From contig NC_092375.1 in the NCBI RefSeq assembly GCF_030028105.1, forward strand, positions 68,051,130 through 68,115,129: 64,000 bases of DNA. The letters are read 5' to 3'. Every line of letters starts with the position of its first letter. Position 1 is the first letter of the stretch. Made by a program: the position numbers and the translations under genes. The notes under the pieces were generated by a model that saw only the letters and a list, made by a program, of their open reading frames with translations, searched no databases and had not been told where the DNA came from. Shown here one piece after another: positions 37,016 through 48,633 of this stretch. This DNA comes from Mobula birostris. Taxonomy: Eukaryota.

Positions 37016-39941
37016 TTTGCGAGGAGGATGGGACCCAGAGCGATAGAGCAGTGAAAGAAGTACATGGAGTAAAGCCAGATCTAACATACAGAGAGGCTTT
37101 GAGGAAAGAGAAGCAGAATAAATGGTGTAAAGACAGTAAGGTAGAAGGGCGGAAATGTGTGTACCTCAATGCAAGAAGCATCAGGAACAAAGGTGATGAA
37201 CTGAGAGCTTGGATACATACATGGAATTATGAAGTAGTGGCTATTACAGAGACTTGGCTGGCACCAGGGCAGGAATGGATTCTCAATATTCCTGGATTTC
37301 AGTGCTTTAAAAGGGATAGAGAGGGTGGAAAAAGGGGAGGAGGGGTGGCATTACTGGTCAGGGATACTATTACAGCTACAGAAAGGGTGGATAATGTAGC
37401 AGGATCCTCTTTTGAGTCAATATGGGTGGAAGTCAGGAACAGGAAGGGAGCAGTTACTCTCCTGGGGGTATTCTATAGCCCCCCTGGTAGCAGCAGAGAT
37501 ACAGAGGAGCAGATTGGGAGGCAGATTTTGGAAAGGTGCAAAAATAACAGGGTTGTTATCATGGGTGGCTTTAACTTCCCTAATATTGATTGGCACCTGA
37601 TTAGTTCCAAGGGTTTAGATGGGGCAGAATTTGTTAAGTGTGTCGAGGATGGATTCCTGTCACAGTATGTGGACAGGCCGACCAGGGGGAATGCCATACT
37701 AGATCTAGTACTAGGTAATGAACCGGGTCAGGTCACAGATCTCTCAGTGGGTGAGCATCTGGGGGACAGTGACCACCGCTCCCTGGCCTTCAGCATTATC
37801 ATGGAAAAGGATAGAATCAAAGAGGACAAGAAAATTTTTAATTGGGGAAAGGCAAATTATGAGGCTATAAGGCTAGAACTTGCATGTGTGAATTGGATTG
37901 ATGTTTTTGCAGGGAAATGTACTATGGACATGTGGTCGATGTTTAGAGATCTCTTGCGGGATGTAAGGGATAAATTTGTCCCGGTAAGGAAGATAAAGAA
38001 TGGTAGGGTGAAGGAACCATGGGTGACAAGTGAGGTGGAAAATCTAGTCAGGAGGAAGAAGGCAGCATACATGAGGTTTAGGAAGCAAGGATCAGCTGGG
38101 TCTATTGAGGAATATAGGGAAGCAAGAAAGGAGCTTAAGAAGGGGCTGAGAAGAGCAAGAAGGGGGCATGAGAAGGCCTTGGCGAGTAGGGTAAAGGAAA
38201 ACTCCAAGGCATTCTTCAATTATGTGAAGAAAAAAAGGATGACAGGAGTGAAGGTAGGACCGATTAAAGATAAAGGTGGGAAGATGTGCCTGGAGGCTGT
38301 AGAAGTGAGCGAGGTCCTCAATGAATACTTCTCTTCGGTATTCACCAATGAGAGGGAACTTGATGATGGTGAGGACAATATGAGTGCGGTTGATGTTCTG
38401 GAGCATGCTGATATTAAAGGAGAGGAGGTGTTGGAGTTGTTAAAATACATTAGGACAGATAAGTCCCTGGGGCCTGACGGAATATTCCCCAGGCTGCTCC
38501 ACGAGGCGAGAGAAGAGATTGCTGAGCCTCTGGCTAGGATCTTTATGTCCTCGTTGTCCACGGGAATGGTACTGGAGGATTGGAGGGAGGCAAATGTTGT
38601 TCCCTTGTTCAAAAAAGGTAGTAGGGATAGTCCGGGTAATTATAGACCAGTGAGCCTTACGTTTGTGGTGGGAAAGCTGTTGGAAAAGATTCTTAAGAGA
38701 TAGGATCTATAGGTATTTAGAGAATCATGGTCTGATAAGGGACAGTCAGCATGGCTTTGTGAAGGGCAGATCGTGTCTAACAAGCCTGATAGAGTTCTTT
38801 GAGGAGGTGACCAGGCATATAGATGAGGGTAGTGCAGTGGATGTGATCTATATGGATTTTAGTAAGGCATTTGACAAGGTTCCACACGGTAGGCTTATTC
38901 AGAAAGTTAAAAGGCATGGGATCCAGGGAAGTTTGGCCAGGTGAATTCAGAATTGGCTTGCCTGCAGAAGGCAGAGGGTGGTGGTGGAGGGAGTATATTC
39001 AGATTGGAGGATTGTGACTACTGGTGTCCCACAAGGATCTGTTCTGGGACGTCTACTTTTCGTGATTTTTATTAACGACCTGGATGTGAGGGTAGAAGGG
39101 TGGGTTGGCAAGTTTGCAGACGACACAAAGGTTGGTGGTGTTGTAGATAGTGTAGGGGATTGTCAAAGATTGCAGAGAGACATTGATAGGATGCAGAAGT
39201 GGGCTGAGAAGTGGCAGATGGAATTCAACCCGGAGAAGTGTGAGGTGGTACACTTTGGAAGGACAAACTCCAAGGCAGAGTACAAAGTAAATGGCAGGAT
39301 ACTTGGTAGTGTGGAGGAGCAGAGGGATCTCGGGGTACATGTCCACAGATCCCTGAAAGTTGCCTCACAGGTGGATAGGGTAGTTAAGAAAGCTTATAGG
39401 GTGTTAGCTTTCATAAGTCGAGGGATAGAGTTTAAGAGTCACGATGTAATGATGCAGCTCTATAAAACTCTGGTTAGGCCACACTTGGAGTATTGTGTCC
39501 AGTTCTGGTCACCTCACTATAGGAAGGATGTGGAAGCATTGGAAAGGGTACAGAGGAGATTTACCAGGAGGCTGCCTGGTTTAGAAAGCATGCATTATGA
39601 TCAGAGATTAAGGGAGCTAGGACTTTACTCTTTGGAGAGAAGGAGGATGAGAGGAGACATGATAGAGGTGTACAAGATAATAAGAGGAATAGATAGAGTG
39701 GATAGCCAGCACCTCTTCCCCAGGGCACCACTGCTCAATACAAGAGGACATGGTTTTAAGGTAAGGGGTGGGAAGTTCAAGGGGGATATTAGAGGAAAGT
39801 TTTTTACTCAGAGTGGTTGGTGCGTGGAATGCACTGCCTGAGTCAGTGGTGGAGGCAGATACACTAGTGAAGTTTAAGAGACTACTAGACAGGTATATGG
39901 AGGAATCTAAGGTGGGGGCTTATATGGGAGGCAGGGTTTGA
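37006..39941 (+). pseudogene. CR1 ORF2p (AP endonuclease and reverse transcriptase), disrupted
   Basis: YLNARS, AITETW, SDH, YRPVSLT, DFSKAFDKV, PQGSVLG, KFADD; frameshift near 38695, TGA at 38942, frameshift near 39810. Confidence 0.92.
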
Positions 39942-40522
39942 GGGTCGGCACAACATTGTGGGCCAAAGGACCTGTACTGTGCTGTACTATTCTATATTCT
40001 ATATAAGACCTTAGTTAGACCCCACTTGGAGTATTGAGTTCAGTTCTAGTCACCTCATTACAGGAAGGACGTGGATACTATAGAGAATGCAGAGGAGTCT
40101 TACAAGGATGTTGCCTGGATTGGGGAGCGTGTCTTATGAGAACAGGTTGGGTGAACTTCGCCTTTTCTCCTTGGAGCGATGGAGGATGAGAAGTGACATG
40201 ATAGAGGTGTATAAGAGGATGAGAGGCATTGATCATGTGGACAGCCAGAGGCTTCTTCCCAGGGCTGAAATGGCTAACACCAGGGGCCATAGTTTTAAGA
40301 TGCTTGAAAGTGGGTACATAGGGATGTCAGAGGTAAGTTTTCCACACAGCGAGTGGTGGGTGCATGGAATGCACGGCCAGCGATGGTGGTAGAGGTGGAT
40401 ACAATGGGGTCTTTTAAGAGACTCTTAGATAGGTACATGGAGCTTAGAAAAATAGAGGGCTATGCGATGGGGAAATTATAGGTAGTTTCTAGAGTAGGTT
40501 ACAGTAGGTTCTAGAGTAGGTT

Positions 40523-43500
40523 GAGTGCGAACAGTTTAAAAAGAGGAAGAAAGTCGCAGACTTTTTCTCTTCGGATCAAGAAGACAGCGGTAAGAGGCTA
40601 AGGACTTCCAGCGAGAAGACATTTTATTTCTCGGAGTAGGAGAGAGGCCAGACTGCGCAGGCGCGTGGCGTCAACCAGTTGAGCGCGAAGAGTTTAAAAA
40701 GTAAACCACCATATCTAGCGGGCAGCGTCGGAGCGGGCTGCGGAGTGAGAGGGTGCAGAGTGAGAGGGCTTTGGCTCAATGGGCTTCGGCGGAGACGGGA
40801 AGAGGCTTCCTGCGCCCTTTGAGTCTCATAGTAACGGAGTAAGTTACAGTTTTTTGGTATTTAGTACAAACAGTAGCACCAGAGGTATGCATCTAGGATT
40901 AGTGTTGGGCTTGAAGTGCCAGATGTGGGGACCCTGGGAGACTCCCAGCCTCCCCAAGGATTACATCTGCACCAGGTGCACTGAGATGAGGCTCCTGAAG
41001 GACCGTGTTAAGGAGCTGGAGATGGAAATTGATGACCTACGGCTAATTAGGGAAAGTAAGGAGGTGATAGATACTACCTATAGAGAGGTAGTGGATAGCA
41101 CCCCTGTGACAGTCCCCCTCAGAAATCGATATATTGTTTTGGATACTGCTGAAGAGGCAGACCTGACAGAGGAGGACCACAGTGAACGAGACTCTGGCAT
41201 CCTGCCCAGTGCCGAAATCAAGAGAGCAAGAAGAAATGCGGTAGTTATAGGGGATTCCATCGTAAGGGGGACGGACAAGAGATTCTGCGAGCTGGACGAG
41301 GATACCCAGATGGTGTGTTGCCTCCCTGGTGCCCAGGTACAGGATGTCTCAGATTGAGTCCGAGTATTCTGAGGAGAGAGGCAGAGCAGCCGGAAGTCTT
41401 GGTACATGTTGGTACCAATGACATAGACAGAAAAAGAGAGGAGGTCCTGAAGAAAGATTACTGGGAGCTAGGAAGAAAATTGAAAAGCCGGACCTCCAGA
41501 GTAATAATATCAGGATTGCTGCCTGAGCTGCGCACTAATAATGGTAAGAATAGCAGAATTAAGCAGATGAATGTGTGGCTAAGTAACTGGTGCAGGGGGC
41601 AGGGCTTCAAACTCTTGAATCATTGGGATCTATTTTAGGGAAGGTATGACTTATACAAAAAAGATGGATTACACCTGAACTCAAAAGGTCGTAATATCCT
41701 GGCGGGATTGTTTAATATAGCTGTTAGGGAGGGTTTAAACTAAGTTGGCAAGGGGAAAGAAACCAAGGTGTTATGGTCAAGGAAGAGGGAAATAGAACTA
41801 AGTCAAAAATACTGTGCAGCAAAGATGGCAAGAAGGACAGGCCGGAGAATATATAGGATAATTTGCTGCAAAATAGAAATATAGCAAAATCAGCAACAGA
41901 TACTGATCTAAATATACTGTACTTAACTGCATGTAGCATTAGAAATAAAGTGGATGACCTTGCTGCACAGCTGCAGGTTAAAAGATATGACATTGTGGCC
42001 ATCACCGATTCATGGCTAAATGATGGATGTGATCGGGAGCTGAATATCCAAGGATACACAGTGTATAGGAAAGATAGGAAGGTAGATAAAGTGGGTGGCG
42101 TGGCCCTGATGGTAAGTAACGATATCAAATCAATAGAAAGAAGGGACATAGGATCAGAAGAGGTAGAATCCTTATGGGTAGAATTAAGAAATGGCAAGGG
42201 TAAAAAGACACTATTAGCAGTTATATACAGGCCTCCAAACAGCAGCCGGGATGTGGACTACAAGTTACAGCTGGAAATAGAAAAAGCATGTCAGAAGGAA
42301 AATGTCAAGATAATTATGGGGGATTTTAATATGAAAGTGGATTGGGAAAATCAGGAAGGTAAAGGATCTCAGGAGAGGGAGTTTGTGGAATGCCTACAGG
42401 ATGGCTTTTTGGAGCAGCTTGTCCAGAAGCCCACCAGGGGACCGGCAGTTTTGGATTGGGTGCCGTGTAACGAACCTTAGGCGATTGGGGAGCTGGAGGT
42501 AAAGGAACCCCTTGAAAGTAGTGATCATAATATGATTGAGTTCAGTTTCAAATTTGAAAAGGAGAAGCTGGTATCAGGTGTATCGATATTTCAGTGGAAC
42601 AGGGGAAATTACAGTGGTATGAGAGAGGAACTGGCCCAAGTCGATTGAAAAAGTAAGCTAAATGGAGGGACGGCAGAGCAGAATTGGATGAAATGCAGGA
42701 AAAATATATTCCAAGAAAAACGAAAATCATGAATGGAAAAATGGCACATATGTGGCTAACGAGAGAGGTTAAGGCAAAAATAAAAGCAAAAGAATCGGCG
42801 TACAAGGAAGCAAAAATTAGTGGGAAAAATGAGGACTGGAAGACTTTTAAAAACTTACAGAAGGAAACTAAGAAAGTCATTAGGAAAGAAAAGATGAATT
42901 ATGAAAGGAAGTTGACGATTAACATAAAAAAGGATGCTGAGTTTTTTTTAAATATATGAAGAGTAAAAGAGTGACGAGGGTAGATACGGGACCGATTGAA
43001 AATGATGCTGGAGAAATTATAATGGATAACAAAGGGATGGCGGAGGAACTGAATGAGTATTTTGCATCAGTCTTCACAGTGGAAGACATGAGCAATATAC
43101 CTGATAGCCAGAGGTATCAGGGAATAGAATTAGGTACAGTCAAGATTACTAGAGAGAAGGTGCTTGGGAAGCTAAGTGGACCAAGAATAGATAAGTCTCC
43201 CGGTCCGGATGAGGTGCACCCAAGGGGTCTGAAGGAGGTGGCTTTGGAGATTGTGGAAGCATTGGAAATTATCTTCCAGGAATCAATAGACTCTGGCATG
43301 GTTCTGGAGGACTGGAAGGTCACAAATGTAGTTCTGCTATTTAAGAAAGGAAGGAGGCAGCAAAAAGAAAATTACAGACCTATTAGTCTGACATCGGTAG
43401 TTGGAAAGATATTGGAGTCAATCCTCAAGCACGAGGTTATGAAATACCTCGAGGTGCATGACAAGATAGGCCGAAGCCAGCATGGTTTCATGAAGGGAAG

Positions 43501-44767
43501 ATCCTGCCTCACCAACCTACTGGAGTTTTTTGAGGTAATCTCGAATAAGATTGACAAGGGAGAGGCTGTGGATGTTGTGTATTTGGATTTTCAAAAGGCC
43601 TTCAATAAGGTGCCGCTTATGAGGCTGCTTAACAAGATGAGAGCCCATGGAATTACAGGAAAGATATTGAAATGGGTGGAGCATTGGCTGATAGGCAGAA
43701 AGCAAAGGATGGGAATAAAGGGATCCCATTCTGATTGGTTGCCGGTTACTAGTGGTGTTCCGCAGGGGTCGGTGTTGGGGTCGCTTTTTTTTATGATGTA
43801 TATCGATGATTTGGATTATGGATTAAATGGTTTTGTGGCTAAGTTTGCGGATGACACCAAGATAGGTGGAGGAGCAGGAATTGTTGAAGAAACGGAAAGG
43901 TTGCAGAGAGACTTAGTTAGTTTAGGAGAGTGGGCAAAGAAATGGCAGATGAGATACAACGTTGACAAATGTACAGTTGTACATTTCGGAAGAAGAAATA
44001 ATCGGGCAGATTATTATTTAGATGGGGAGAAAATTCAAAAATCGGAAGTGAAAAGGGACCTGGGGGTCCTCGTGCAGGATACCCTAAAGGTTAACCACCA
44101 AGTTGGATCAACAGTAAGGAAAGCGAATGCTATGTTGGCATTCATTTCAAGAGGAATAGTGTATAAGAGTAAGGAGGTGTTGATGAGGCTCTATGGGGCA
44201 TTAGTGAGACCTCATTTGGAATACTGTGGGCAGTTTTGGGCCCCCTATCTTAGAAAGGATGTTCTGATGTTGGAAAGGGTTCAGAGAAAATTTACGAGGA
44301 TGATTCCTGGAATGCAGGGGCTAACATATGAGGAGCGTTTGTCGGCTCTTGGATTGTATTCATTAGAGCATAGAAGAATGAGAGGGGATCTCATAGAAAC
44401 GTTTCGAATGTTGAAAGGGTTGGACAGGGTAGATGTGGAAAGGTTGTTTCCCTTGGTGGGTGAGTCCAGGACAAGAGGCCATAGTCTTAGAATTACAGGG
44501 TACCCAGCTAAAACAGATGAGGAGAATTTTTTTTAGCCAGAGGGGCGTGGATTTGTGGAATTCGTTGCCACATACAGCTGTGGAGGCCCGATAAAGGAGG
44601 AGATTGACAGGTATCTAATTAGTCAGGGTATCAAGGGATATGGGGAAAAAGCCAGAAATTGGAACTAGATGGGTGAATAGTTTAGCTCATGGGGGAGCTG
44701 TGGAGCAGACTCGATGGGCTGACTGGCCTACTTCTCCTTTGTCTTGTGATTGTGATATCTTATGATT
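40523..44767 (+). mobile_element. Near full-length CR1 LINE of a second subfamily (copy B)
   Basis: CpG-rich 5' UTR; ORF1 from ATG 40887 (CTRC, VIGDS, HVGTND, DGLHLN, EGLN* at 41743); ORF2 APE and RT (42956..44536); TSD GTTACA (40498-40503 and 44768-44773). Confidence 0.93.
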
Positions 44768-46309
44768 GTTACATGGTCAGCAAAACATTGTTGGCCGAAG
44801 GGCCAGTAATGTGCTATAGGTTTCCGTTTCTATGTGAACCAAAAGATGCTGGAAGTCTGTAGCTAGTCAGATAATATCTTTGCAGTAAGAAACATTTTTG
44901 GTCAATAATCTTTCACTAGAACTTGGAAAATCTGGAAAGAAAGCATGCTTTAATTGCAGATAAGATTTCAGATAAACAGTCTCTTTTGTTTGAATTGGAA
45001 TTGGCCAGTTCTAATGAAAGGCCAGGTTCTGGAAATGTGACATTTTTTCTTTACCCACATAAATGCTGTCTGTATCCAATGTTCACTTACATTTCATTTT
45101 GTCAGCAACTGTAATGTTTTGTACCTGATAATTTTATACTTATTTCTCACTCCCTCCTTTCTACCAACTTGATTCTTTGCTCCTGCCTCCCTACACTGTT
45201 TTATTTTCCCTCTGTGTTGATCTTTCTAACTTACTTTTGTCACTCTTATTCTCTCATTTCATCAATATGTCCCTCCTATCAATGCTTCATACCAATTTTT
45301 TTTCATTCTGTAGAGTTTTATGCTTCATGCTCACACCTTAGTTCAATGCAGTGAATTGTTACACACACATTCTGAAATATCATTCATTCTCTTCAGGATA
45401 GTCTCAGTATAGCAAGATTTGGATAGAGAAACTGCATAGTCATATTGAAGTTGTATCAGTTTAATGGATTTATATCTACTAGTTATATAACAGAGTTGAG
45501 GAATTTCTTTAGCCAGAGTATAGTGAATCTGTGGAATTCATTGCCACAGACACCTATAGAGGCTAAATCATTGGGTATATTTAAATCAGAGGTTCCTAAT
45601 TAATAAGAGCATCAAAAGTTACAAGGAGAAGGCAGGAGAATGGAGTTGATTTGATAAATCAGCCATAATGGAATGGCAGAGCAGGCTCGATGGCGGAAAA
45701 AGCCCAATTCTGCTGCTTTATCTTATGGGCTAATTATCTCAAATTCCAGAAAATAGTTGATACACTAAATAGTCTGAAAAATGTAAAATAACAATGAAAC
45801 TGTTTCAAGCAATATTAATCCTGAACTACTTTTTATATGATATTCACTTCAAACAATATGACAAACTGTGAACATTCCAAACCCCTTCTCATACACTCCT
45901 GTTGGTCCTGATATTCACGAAATTTGCAATCGAATTAGTAACAATACAGGGAAAGAGACTACAAACCATATTCTGGAAATAGAAAATTGAACTGAATATC
46001 TTGAATTCGTTTTTGTAAGTAGATAGGAAGGGTTCAGAAGAATATGCGCCAAACACAGCCAAATGGGACTAGCTTATATGGCGTCTTGTTCAGCATGGAC
46101 AAATTAGTCTGAAGGCATGTTCCCATTCTTTATTGCTTTATCACTTTATTAATTACTCTGTTGAAAGTTTTGATTTTGCAATATTATTTAGAGCTTATGA
46201 ATTTCAATCCCTACAATAAACAGTAAAGAAAAGAATTATTGTCTTAAAATAATCATTAAAAATATCCATAATAAGCAATGATTTTGAAAGGACAGTTAAT
46301 TTTGCTTAC

Positions 46310-46444
46310 TTTTTTAACAATAGTAGCATGCAGTTCACCAACAAACTTAACAGTCATCTTGGGTAGGTAGCTGGGAAGCCGTTCATATAAGTAAGCACAC
46401 AGCATAAGCATCATGATAGGATTTGGATCTGAAATATCTGTGGC
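46310..46444 (-). CDS. CFAP47: CFAP47 internal coding exon
   Basis: aaaaag|GCC ACA GAT...AAA AAA|gtaagc; 135 nt, phase 0 to 0; ATDISDPNPIMMLMLCAYLYERLPSYLPKMTVKFVGELHATIVKK. Confidence 0.92.
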
Positions 46445-47136
46445 CTTTTTAATTAAGATAAAAAGAACATTACATTTTAACCAAAAAATTACAATTAATA
46501 TATTAAGAGCTAGTGATAGGTATTTAATTGATTACGAATTTATGAACGTCAATTGCACTAAAACATCTTCAAAAATACAGCAATTGGAAAGTTCAGGTTA
46601 ATTTCATCAAACTAGCAAGATTTAAAAAGACATTTGGTAAAGGAATCAAGGTAGAGAAGAGTACAATGCCAAAAAGGTGAAATAAATAAATGTTATGACC
46701 AAAAATCATCAATAAAAGTATTTACAAAGAGGTTATCAGCACAGAAAACATGAAACAATAACAGAAAGGGAATCCATAATACCTTTTCCATAAGAAATAA
46801 AAAAACAATTACGAGAGTAAACGTACTAAGGAAGAATAGGGTAGAGCCGAATTGATAGAACAAATATGGTCGTCCAAGTGACAAGCAAGCTGCAAGGAAA
46901 AAAATCCTGGAAAAAAATGTTCTTATATTTAAAAGGCATAGCTATGAAGATCCTACATGTTACATAAAGGAAATACTGTTTACCAAAGTAAAAACAATAA
47001 TGATGCATTTTGAATTTTATTGATATCTTAACTATGACTAATTTTTTTTATCATTACTCTGTGCAAGAAGCTATTGATTTAACAGTTCTGTATTCTGGTC
47101 AAATTGTGTTTCTATAAAAATAATTATTCAGTTTAC

Positions 47137-47253
47137 CTGTATGTCAAAATCAAGGCCAACAGCATTAAATGCATTGAGGAGTACCAGGCTATTATGGAGG
47201 CATTGCTCAGGACTAGCTGGATATGTGTACATATACATCAGATGAGTCAGAAT
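47137..47253 (-). CDS. CFAP47: CFAP47 internal coding exon (CH-like domain)
   Basis: tttacag|ATT CTG...ATA CAG|gtaaac; 117 nt, phase 0 to 0; ILTHLMYMYTYPASPEQCLHNSLVLLNAFNAVGLDFDIQ. Confidence 0.92.
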
Positions 47254-47577
47254 CTGTAAAGAAGAGAGATTTGTTGCATCACTACATAACTGAATATATC
47301 TGTGAAGTGATTCTGGATAACAAAGTTTAATATTTCTTGTAAAATAGAAATTGTTAAGCAGATGGAATACAAGTTTATCAACACTTAAGAGTATTTTGTT
47401 CATTTCTGGTCTCCTCATTATAGGATGAATGTGGAAGCTTTCGTGACGGTGCAGAGGAGATCTACCAGGATGTTGCCTGGATGTGAGTTTGAAACATTCC
47501 TCAAGCAAGTAACCAACAAAATTATATGAGGATATGGCTCTCAAAAGGACAAAACCACTGATTAAAAATATTAAAAA

Positions 47578-48550
47578 AGGCAAACAACAGGAATTCTGCA
47601 GATGCTGGAAATCCAAGCAACACACATCAAAGTTGCTGGTGAACGCAGCAGGCCAGGCAGCATCTCTAGGAAGAGGTGCAGTTGACGTTTCAGGCCGTGA
47701 CCCTTCGTCAGAACTAACTGAAGGAAGAGTGAGTAAGGGATTTGAAAGTTGGAGGGAGAGGGGGAGATCCAAAATGATAGGAGAAGACAGGAGGGGGAGG
47801 GATGGAGCCAAGAGCTGGACAGGTGATTGGCAAAGGGGATACGAGAGGATCATGGGACAGGAGGTCTGGGAAGAAAGACAAGGGGGGGGGGACCCAGAGG
47901 ATGGGCAAGAGGTATATTCAGAGGGACAGATGGAGAAAAAGGAGAGTGAGAGAAAGAATGTGTGCATAAAAATAAGTAACAGATGGGGTACGAGGGGGAG
48001 GTAGGGCCTAGCGGAAGTTAGAGAAGTCGATGTTCATGCCATCAGGTTGGAGGCTACCCAGACGGAATATAAGGTGTTGTTCCTCCAACCTGAGTGTGGC
48101 TTCATCTTTACAGTAGAGGAGGCCGTGGATAGACATGTCAGAATGGGAATGGGATGTGGAATTAAAATGTGTGGCCACTGGGAGATCCTGCTTTCTCTGG
48201 CAGACAGAGCGTAGATGTTCAGCAAAGCGGTCTCCCAGTCTGCGTCGGGTCTCGCCAATATATAAAAGGCCACATCGGGAGCACCGGACGCAGTATATCA
48301 CCCCAGTCGACTCACAGGTGAAGCGTTGCCTCACCTGGAATGGTGGTAAGGGAGGAAGTGTAAGGGCATGTGTAGCACTTGTTCCGCTTACACGGATAAG
48401 TGCCAGGAGGGAGATCAGTGGGGAGGGATGGGGGGGACGAATGGACAAGGGAGTTGTGTAGGGAGCGATCCCTGCGGAATGCAGGGGGGGGGGGAGGGAA
48501 AGATGTGCTTAGTGGTGGGATCCCGTTGGAGGTGGCGGAAGTTACGGAGA
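47578..48550 (-). mobile_element. Penelope-like element 3' portion (GIY-YIG endonuclease)
   Basis: ORF 48008..48448: FTCESTGVIYCVRCSRCGLLYIGETRRRLGDRFAEH...HFN...EQHLIFRLGSLQPDGMN; pyrimidine-rich 3' region; hammerhead-bearing tail. Confidence 0.92.
47679..47716 (-). ncRNA. Minimal type I hammerhead ribozyme of the Penelope-like element
   Basis: Minus strand UAGUU-CUGACGA-AGGGUCACGGCCU-GAAAC-GUC^AACUG: intact core, helix I UAGUU/AACUG, short helix II, palindromic ACGU helix III. Confidence 0.8.
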
Positions 48551-48633
48551 AAAAAAAAAGGCAGTTCTGTTTTGCATTAACTCATAAATGGCTTCTGATT
48601 AAAGAGATACCAACACATTAGCTGAAGTATCTA

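Larger units (their letters stand above)
35904..40003 (+). mobile_element. Near full-length young CR1 LINE (copy A)
   Basis: 5' UTR, ORF1, ORF2 (APE and RT), tail ctattctatattctata; CTATA at both junctions; only a few disabling lesions. Confidence 0.95.
35700..44835 (+). mobile_element. Old CR1 3' fragment broken into three pieces (35700-35903, 40004-40503, 44774-44835)
   Basis: Pieces rejoin at gctata|taagacc and taggttaca|tggtcagc into one continuous CR1 RT end and 3' UTR. Confidence 0.8.

Noticed and set aside
36104-38612. Long antisense ORFs over CR1 copy A (and similar ones over other LINEs)
   Set aside because: Shadow ORFs produced by the codon bias of the sense-strand LINE ORFs; no independent motifs.
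47128-47967. 279-aa minus-strand ORF ending in CFAP47 sequence
   Set aside because: Low-complexity PLE 3' region and intron happen to be open in frame with the exon; the true acceptor is at 47254.
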